DNA from: a bacterium | GTDB taxonomy: Bacteria > Fidelibacterota > Marinisomatia > Marinisomatales > UBA1611 | DNA: 12,970 bases | Reading direction: 5' to 3' | Assembly (NCBI GenBank): GCA_038127595.1 | Contig: JAYPIC010000036.1 | Span: forward strand, 3,988 to 16,957 | Shown: positions 1 to 7,100 of the stretch, one piece after another | Numbering within the stretch: the stretch's first letter is position 1 | Layout: each line of letters starts with the position of its first letter | Program-made: the position numbers and the translations under genes | The notes under the pieces: generated by a model | What the model was told of the DNA's origin: nothing | Databases searched by the model: none | The model's input: the letters and a program-made list of their open reading frames with translations, nothing else

Positions 1-1791
1 TTTAAATTTTTTCGTATTACAACTGAATTTTTTTATCGGCTAATTGCAAAAAATAGAAAAATTGCAGGGGCATTTGGAACATTTTTACTCGGATCTAATT
101 TTTTAAAAGATACATTTAGTATAAGTAGTTGGCTTTTTGGCAGGTTTCTTGGTCTGGTGGGGCTGATTTCTTTTTTATCTTTTTGGTTTCAAGCTGAGGC
201 ACTTATTAGCTCAAAAGGTGTCATTCCATTTGGTGACGATCTTAATCAAGTAAAATCCTATATCTTTAAATCTAATCAAGAAATTTCAAAGTGGCTTATC
301 CGGCCATCTCTTCTGTGGATTTCTCAGACTGATATATGGCTTAATGTTGTGATATTAATCGGAATTTGCAGCTCCTTTTTATTAATTGGTGGTTTGATTC
401 CTCATATAGCAATCATGTTATCTTGGATTAGTTATTTATCCATAGCGGTTGTATCTGAACCATTCCTTAATTTTCAATGGGATGCATTATTATTGGAGAC
501 CTATTTCTTATCATTTTTTCTTGTGCCATGGAAACTGCACCATAAAAGAAATAGTTTAGCTAATCCCTCGGCCATTGGAAGATGGTTGCTATGGCTTTTA
601 GCTTTTAAGCTAATGTTCGAGTCTGGAGTAGTAAAATTTACATTTTATGGAGAAGGAGGCTCTAATACTTGGAGGGATCTTACCGCTTTAAACTATCATT
701 TTTGGACCCAGCCTATCCCATCATGGATAAGCTATTACATTGATAAGCTGCCAACAATTTTTGATAAGGCTGCTTTGATATTTACCTACTTTTGTGAAAT
801 TATTATTCCCTTTTTTATTTTTTTTCCAAGAAGGTTAAGGCGTTTTTCTGCAATTCTTTTAATTACTTTTCAACTTTTAATACTACTATCAGGTAATTAT
901 GGATTTTTTAACATTCTTACGATAGCAATTTGCATCACACTATTTGATGATCAGTTTTTAAATAAGGTTGTTAAAAATAATTTTTTTAAATCTTCATTAA
1001 ATGCAGACAGGATAATCAAATATAAAAAAATTAAATTGGGATTTTCTTTAGTAGTGTTAGTTTGTTTTTTATATACTTTTAAAATATTTCTTGAAAGAGA
1101 TTTTCAGGGCAATAATCCAGAAAATATTAATAAAAATGATAATCGTTCTTTACTTGGACAAAAAATTATAGATGTTGCTCAAGTTTCAAGATCAATGAAT
1201 GCATATGGTCTTTTTAGAGTTATGACCACGACTAGACCTGAGATCCTTATCGAATTGCAAGATCAAGATAGTACGTGGAGTAATGTCTATTTTAATTATA
1301 AGCCAGGTTTAGAAAGCAAAAGACCAAAGTTTTTTCTTCCTCATATGCCTAGGCTTGATTGGCAAATGTGGTTTGAAGCATTATACTTAGAAAGATTAGT
1401 AAATAACCCTTTTGAATATGCAACTTATCAAAGGTTTTTAACAGTTATGGTAAAGGACGATATAACCTACTCGAATTTAAAAATGAATGATTTTTTAAAT
1501 GATGACTCTAAAAAAGTTTTAGAAAAGTTGCCACTTAATGAGCAACGTACATTTTTAATGAGATTAAACAGGAGTATAAACATTCATTTAAATAGTTCTT
1601 ATTGGTTTGCGAGAATGTTATCAAAAATAGCTAACGGTAAAGAAAATCATTTTAAAATAGATAGGCAAAAGAATTATGTAAAAATGAGAATAAGTTTAAA
1701 GCATTATTCTTTTGACCATTCTTTTTCAAATAAGAATAATTGGTGGAAAATAAATTTTATAGATAATGCAACGTTTGAGATTTTACTATAA
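1..1791 (+). CDS. Lipase maturation factor (LMF1) family integral membrane protein, 5'-truncated by the window; probable N-terminal DCC1-like (DUF393) domain fusion
   Basis: Frame +1 has no stop from base 1 (FKFFRITTEFFYRLIAKNRKIAGAFGTFLLGSNFLKDTFSISSWLFGRFLGLVGLISFLSFW...), so the ORF-track GTG start at 157 is internal. LMF1-family motifs: WLFGRFLGL, FLNFQWDALLLE, KLMFESGVVK, WRDLTALNYHFWTQPIP, SGNYGFFNILT, NAYGLFRVMT, PHMPRLDWQMWF. Several hydrophobic TM segments. TAA stop at 1789-1791. Confidence 0.9.
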   Translation, partial: FKFFRITTEFFYRLIAKNRKIAGAFGTFLLGSNFLKDTFSISSWLFGRFLGLVGLISFLSFWFQAEALISSKGVIPFGDDLNQVKSYIFKSNQEISKWLIRPSLLWISQTDIWLNVVILIGICSSFLLIGGLIPHIAIMLSWISYLSIAVVSEPFLNFQWDALLLETYFLSFFLVPWKLHHKRNSLANPSAIGRWLLWLLAFKLMFESGVVKFTFYGEGGSNTWRDLTALNYHFWTQPIPSWISYYIDKLPTIFDKAALIFTYFCEIIIPFFIFFPRRLRRFSAILLITFQLLILLSGNYGFFNILTIAICITLFDDQFLNKVVKNNFFKSSLNADRIIKYKKIKLGFSLVVLVCFLYTFKIFLERDFQGNNPENINKNDNRSLLGQKIIDVAQVSRSMNAYGLFRVMTTTRPEILIELQDQDSTWSNVYFNYKPGLESKRPKFFLPHMPRLDWQMWFEALYLERLVNNPFEYATYQRFLTVMVKDDITYSNLKMNDFLNDDSKKVLEKLPLNEQRTFLMRLNRSINIHLNSSYWFARMLSKIANGKENHFKIDRQKNYVKMRISLKHYSFDHSFSNKNNWWKINFIDNATFEILL

Positions 1792-1879
1792 ATGAATTGT
1801 TGGGTAGAAAACGTAATTTAAATTTTTCTTAATTATCATTGAATGGTTTGGCATGGTTAAGATATTTTAACTTAAGGAT

Positions 1880-3910
1880 TTGAAAATAATGATAAATTTT
1901 AATTTTTTAATATTAATGCTAATGCTTTTTTCATCATGCATTAAAACAGAGGAAAAAATAATGTTAAGATCTGGAATTGACTTTAGTAGAGTAGATTCAA
2001 CTGTAAGGCCTCAAGATGATTTTTACAGGCATGTTAATGGAACGTGGCTTAAGGAATTTGAGCTGCCAAAGGATAAATCTCGCTATGCTACATTTACAGT
2101 GCTTAGAGAAAAGGCGCGCAAAGATGTCAAAAAGATTATAGAAGAAGCATCCAAAACAAATTCTCCTGGTGGATCTGACAATCAAAAAATTGGCGATCTT
2201 TACCAGAGTTATATGGATACATTAACATTAGAAGAAACTGGCATACAAAGCATTTTCCCAGAATTAGAAAAAATTGACAAAATAAGTGATATGAACGATC
2301 TTTCTGAATATTTTGCTTATGCAGACATTTATACTACTGCTCCATTTGGGATTTATGTTTACATTGATAAAAAAAATCCCTCTCAGCATATTACTTATTT
2401 ATCACAGAGTGGTTTAGGGCTTCCAAACAGAGGTTATTATTTTGATGAAGATGCTAAAAGTAAAAACATCCGCAAAGAATATGTAATCCACATTGAAAAA
2501 ATATTCCGATTAGCAAAAATTAAAGATGCTAAAAAGAATGCTGATAGAGTTTTCCAAATAGAAATGGGAATTGCAAGACATCACTGGAAAAAAGAAAAAA
2601 ACAGAGATCCAGAACTAACCTATAATTTGATTTCTTACAATGATTTAAAAAATCAAATTTCTGGTTTTGATTGGGATAAATGGTTTCACACTACTATGAT
2701 GAAAAAATTTGATAAAATAGTTTTAAATCAATCAGACTATCTTCAAAACATAAGTAGTATAATGACTGGAACTTCTTTATCAGATTGGAAAATTTATTTT
2801 AAATGGGCTTTATTAAATAGAAATGCGAGTTTTTTAAATAGCGAATTTGAAAGACAAAATTTCTATTTTTACAGAACAGTCCTTAGTGGCGTTGAAGAAA
2901 TGGAGCCTAGATGGAAGCGAGGTGTTAGTGTTGTAAGTGGTAGGCTAGGAGAGATCATTGGTAAAGTATATGTTGAAAAACATTTTGATCAAAAGGCAAA
3001 GAATAGAATGTTGGAGCTGGTAGAAAATTTAAGAGAAGCTTACAGGATATCAATAGAGGAACTTGATTGGATGGGTGACTCTACAAAAGTTCAGGCTCAA
3101 GAAAAATTAAAAAAGTTTAGACCTAAAGTTGGCTTTCCAAACGAATGGAAAGATTATAGTAACCTAGTTATAAAAAAGGACGATTTAATAGGAAACATAA
3201 AAAACTCTACATTAGATCGAACAATTAAAAATCGAGAAAAATTAGGCAAACCAATAGACCGGGAAGAGTGGGGTATGACCCCTCAAACTGTTAACGCGTA
3301 TTATAGTCCCTTATTAAATGAAATTGTTTTCCCAGCTGGTATACTCCAGCCTCCATTTTTTAACATGGAAGCAGACGATGCAGTTAATTATGGAGCAATT
3401 GGAGCGGTTATAGGACATGAAATGGGCCATGGTTTTGATGATAAAGGTTCAAAATATGATGGAAATGGTGAACTTAGAAATTGGTGGACAGAATCAGATA
3501 GAAAGCAATTTGAAGAAAGAACAAAGAAATTAATAGATCAATATAATGGATACACAGTTGTCGATGGTACACCTGTAAATGGCGAATTCACGCAAGGTGA
3601 AAATATTGGCGATTTGGCTGGTATAGTGATTGCATATAAAGCATATCAATTATCAAAGAAAGGCAGCCAAGCGCCTATTATTGATGGTTTAACTGGAGAT
3701 CAAAGATTCTTTTTTGGGTGGGCAACTATATGGGGGTCAAAATCAACAGATGAACAATTAATAAGGCAAATAAAAACAGACCCACACTCTCCTGGCGAGT
3801 TTAGAGCAAATGGACCCTTAGTAAGTATGCCTGAATTTGTAAATTTATACAATATAAAACCTGGTGATGGAATGTATATTGACCCAAATGATAGAGTTAA
3901 AATTTGGTAA
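1880..3910 (+). CDS. M13 family zinc metalloendopeptidase (neprilysin/PepO-like), probable lipoprotein
   Basis: N-terminal VRPQDDFYRHVNGTW; VNAYY; IVFPAGILQPPFF; zinc motif IGHEMGHGFDD (HExxH); GENIGD (third zinc ligand, ExxxD); TDPHSP; C-terminal RVKIW. Hydrophobic leader ending in LFSS-C. Start is either TTG 1880 or ATG 1889; AAGGA at 1874-1878 is better spaced for 1889. Confidence 0.95.
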   Translation: MKIMINFNFLILMLMLFSSCIKTEEKIMLRSGIDFSRVDSTVRPQDDFYRHVNGTWLKEFELPKDKSRYATFTVLREKARKDVKKIIEEASKTNSPGGSDNQKIGDLYQSYMDTLTLEETGIQSIFPELEKIDKISDMNDLSEYFAYADIYTTAPFGIYVYIDKKNPSQHITYLSQSGLGLPNRGYYFDEDAKSKNIRKEYVIHIEKIFRLAKIKDAKKNADRVFQIEMGIARHHWKKEKNRDPELTYNLISYNDLKNQISGFDWDKWFHTTMMKKFDKIVLNQSDYLQNISSIMTGTSLSDWKIYFKWALLNRNASFLNSEFERQNFYFYRTVLSGVEEMEPRWKRGVSVVSGRLGEIIGKVYVEKHFDQKAKNRMLELVENLREAYRISIEELDWMGDSTKVQAQEKLKKFRPKVGFPNEWKDYSNLVIKKDDLIGNIKNSTLDRTIKNREKLGKPIDREEWGMTPQTVNAYYSPLLNEIVFPAGILQPPFFNMEADDAVNYGAIGAVIGHEMGHGFDDKGSKYDGNGELRNWWTESDRKQFEERTKKLIDQYNGYTVVDGTPVNGEFTQGENIGDLAGIVIAYKAYQLSKKGSQAPIIDGLTGDQRFFFGWATIWGSKSTDEQLIRQIKTDPHSPGEFRANGPLVSMPEFVNLYNIKPGDGMYIDPNDRVKIW

Positions 3911-3945
3911 TTAAATAAGTACTTTTATATATACGCATCAAACTA

Positions 3946-3981
3946 TTGTAAATAATTTTTACAAGGTTATAACATTGTAAA
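3946..3981. promoter_or_regulatory. Overlapping inverted repeats, candidate operator upstream of the wHTH-coiled-coil gene
   Basis: TTTACAAGGTTATAACATTGTAAA (3958-3981) is a 24-bp palindrome with one mismatched pair. It overlaps TTGTAAA-N5-TTTACAA (3946-3964). Function is inferred. Confidence 0.5.
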
Positions 3982-4028
3982 CTCATTGTCTTCCTATATT
4001 TATATAGCTAAATTGATTTACAACAATT

Positions 4029-4050
4029 ATAGAGGAATTATCCTCTATTT
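4029..4050 (+). terminator. Hairpin ATAGAGGA-atta-TCCTCTAT; possible intrinsic terminator for the M13 peptidase gene, or a protein-binding site
   Basis: Perfect 8-bp stem (4029-4036/4041-4048) with a 4-nt loop, followed by only a short or interrupted T tract, about 120 nt after the peptidase stop. Confidence 0.35.
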
Positions 4051-4109
4051 ATAGGCTATTTATTTTAATGTTGTAAAAAATAATAAAAATAAAATACAAC
4101 AAAATAATA

Positions 4110-7100
4110 ATGAGTTTTGAAAACTTAATATCTAATCTTTCAGACCAAAAAGTCATTAAGGCAATTTCTAAGCCAATACCCAAAAAGATAATTTCATGTA
4201 TTGGAGAAGATTCTTTTACAGCCTCTGAAATTGCGGACAAGATATCTTTTCCAAAAGAGAAGATTTATTACCACATAAAAAAGTTGGTCGCATTTAAAAT
4301 ACTAACTGTTTCAGAAACAAATGAAATTAAAGGTATCATTCAAAAAAAATACAGATTAGCCGAATTTTCATCACCACTCAAAAAAGAAATTTTACATGAT
4401 GATGGATATGAAAATAATTTATACATAAACGAAAAATTAAAGACCAAAATTATTGAACCAGGAACTGCATCAAAATTTGAATATGTTAAGGCTATCGCTA
4501 ATAAAATGATTGGCAACAGCTCGGCTAGTGAAATTGTGATTCAAAAATATCAGACAAATTCTAAGATTAAAAAATTAAGCTCAGTTATTTTTAACACTCG
4601 TAAGGATATTAATTCAGTGAAGGAAAAGATTGAATCTATCATTGCCCAAATATCACTTTATAATGATTCAGATCAATTATATACGAATCAAAAAAGACTA
4701 ATTGAGGAGAATGAACAATTTTCAAAAAGAATAGATTCTTATAAAAAAGATATCGCATTATCTAATGATAAGATTTCTATTATAAAGAAAAATTACAATG
4801 ATGAAAAAATTAAACAGAATATTACAATAAAGGAATTGCTGACTAAAATTGAAAAGACTGAAAAAGAGCTTCTCATTCAATCAAATAAAAAAGATCAAAT
4901 AGAATCATACATAAAAAACATTTATGATGAGGATTCTATATTAAAAAATTATGAAAAGTTTAATTTTAAAAATGATCTGTCAGTTTTAAATATTAAGAAA
5001 AAGGATTTAAAAGAAGAAATCACAAATATTAAAAGCCAAATAACATTGAGAGATGAAAAAATAACTCAAATTCAAAAAGCGATAGAACTAATCGCTGCTC
5101 AAACTGTTTCCTATGACAATGATTTGAATAATCTTTTACATCAAACGAAACTATTTGGCCCATCTGCAGATAAGGTTTTAAATAACAATGAATTACTTGA
5201 AAAGAACTTAGAAAATGAATTACTAGATCTTAACAATAGAAAAAAAGAGATTGATGATAAATTGATTTCTCTAGATGAAAGTATAAGAAGTAACCAGAAA
5301 CAAATAAGTACTATAAGTAAATCAATTAAGCCTGATCACAAAGAGCTCAAAAGTCTAAGAGCTAAGCATGAAAAATTATTGAAAAAACAATCAATAATTA
5401 GCTCTGACATTGATTCAATAAATCAAAATAAAAAACAGTTAGTAAATGCACACAAGGATAAAATAGATGAAACCTTTGACTTATTGAAAGAAATTGAAAT
5501 CGTAATAAAAAAGAATGAAGCTTCAAAATTATCAGAACAATTAAAAACGCTTGCACAAAAAAAGAAAAGTCTAAATTTTAAAAAAGGCTTGCTTGAAAAG
5601 TCTATTAGCTCTTTACAAGAAGAATTATATCAAGACCAGTCTTTTGTTGAAAATTCTAAAACATTATTTCAAAAAGAATATAAAAAAGAGCTTTCAAAAT
5701 ACGATAGCATAAAGGGTAAAATTAAAAAAAGTGAAGATACAGTATTAGCAATAACGAGTGAAATTGAGGTTTTAAAAAGTCTGATAGATTTCCATAAAGC
5801 CGTCCTAGAATCCTTAAGGCTGTTTGAGAGTGACACATTTAAAATTAATTTTGATTCTAAAGCTATAGAAAAGAACAATCAGGACAGATCACTGGAAATA
5901 ATATTAGACGGTTATATTAAAACTTATAATTGGTCTGCTGCTCAATTAAAAAAAGCCAGCTCTAATTTTAATAAAAATAAGTTCATAAAAAACTTAGATG
6001 ATGATGATATTTTAAAAGAATCAAAAATAGTGATCGATATATCAAGTTCACTACTTTCAATTCCCCAAAAACTTGTAGAATTAAATTTAAAATTAATTGA
6101 GACTAGAAAAAGCTCAATATCTTATTTAAAAAAACAAAATATTTTTCAATCATTTAAAGAAGAAATAAAGACTTTAAATAAAAAGAAAAGTGATTTAAAG
6201 AAAAATGAAAGGCAATTAGTATACAAAATTAGATCATGCGAAAAATCAATAAAAGTTTTAAACAAAGAAAAATTAAAAAATGAGGAATTATTAGAAAATA
6301 TTCAGACATCAATTTCTAAGCTAAAAGAAAAATCTAAATTATTAAAAAATAATAAGATCGATTACGATTTTAAACATGTTGATGAAATTAAAAACATAGA
6401 TAAAACAATAATTAATGTAGAAGCAGCAAATGAAGTATTAATAGAAAGCTTAAAAGAGCAGAAGGTAATAAATCAGAAAAGAGAAAAAAAATTAAAGATT
6501 TTTGAAAAATTGATTCATAGTATCGAAAAAGAAAGCGATAAAATTGATTCTGTTAATCATAAAATAAAATTAATTGAATTTGAAGATAAGAATATTAGTG
6601 AGCAAAAAAGTGCAGCGATTCAGAAAATAAGACAAGATATAGATAATTATGAAAGTTCGATAATTAAAAAGAAGTCATGGATTAGTAGTTCACGTTTTGA
6701 GGAAAATCAAATTCTTGGAGAAATCAGATTATGGAAAAAAGAATTAAATAGGTTGAATGCAGAGAAAAAATTAATAAACAATGAAATTGAAAAATCACAG
6801 CAAGTTACGATTCAAAAAGAGGAAGACGCGACATCTTGCAGAGACCAAGTAATAAATAAAATAAGAAATGAAATGGATAAAGAATATGATCAAGAAATAA
6901 TAAAGCAAAAAAAACTAAAGAAAATTTATTTAGATAATAGATCAAAAATACTTGATGAAGAAAATAAGATCATAACTGTCATTAAAATGAAAGAGAAAAA
7001 CTTACTTGATCTACAGAAAAAAATATCCAAAGTGGTAGAGAAAATTCAAAAATTCAAATTAACTAAAAAAAGAGAATTAGATAAATTTGAAAGACAGATA

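Noticed and set aside
1849..1865. TGGCA as a possible sigma54 -24 element
   Set aside because: No TTGC -12 element at the required spacing.
1997..2185. 62-aa minus-strand ORF
   Set aside because: Lies entirely antisense to the conserved M13 peptidase and has no recognisable motif; shadow ORF.
3946..3964. Resemblance of TTGTAAA-N5-TTTACAA to a Rex operator (TTGTGAA-N4-TTCACAA)
   Set aside because: The spacer length and core bases differ, so a specific regulator cannot be assigned.
4049..4240. 63-aa hydrophobic minus-strand ORF overlapping the start of the giant gene
   Set aside because: Its hydrophobicity is explained by reading A-rich sequence on the reverse strand. It overlaps the wHTH coding region and has no clear RBS.
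5669..5878. 69-aa minus-strand ORF
   Set aside because: Antisense to the giant CDS; F/L/S-rich composition mirrors the K/E codons.
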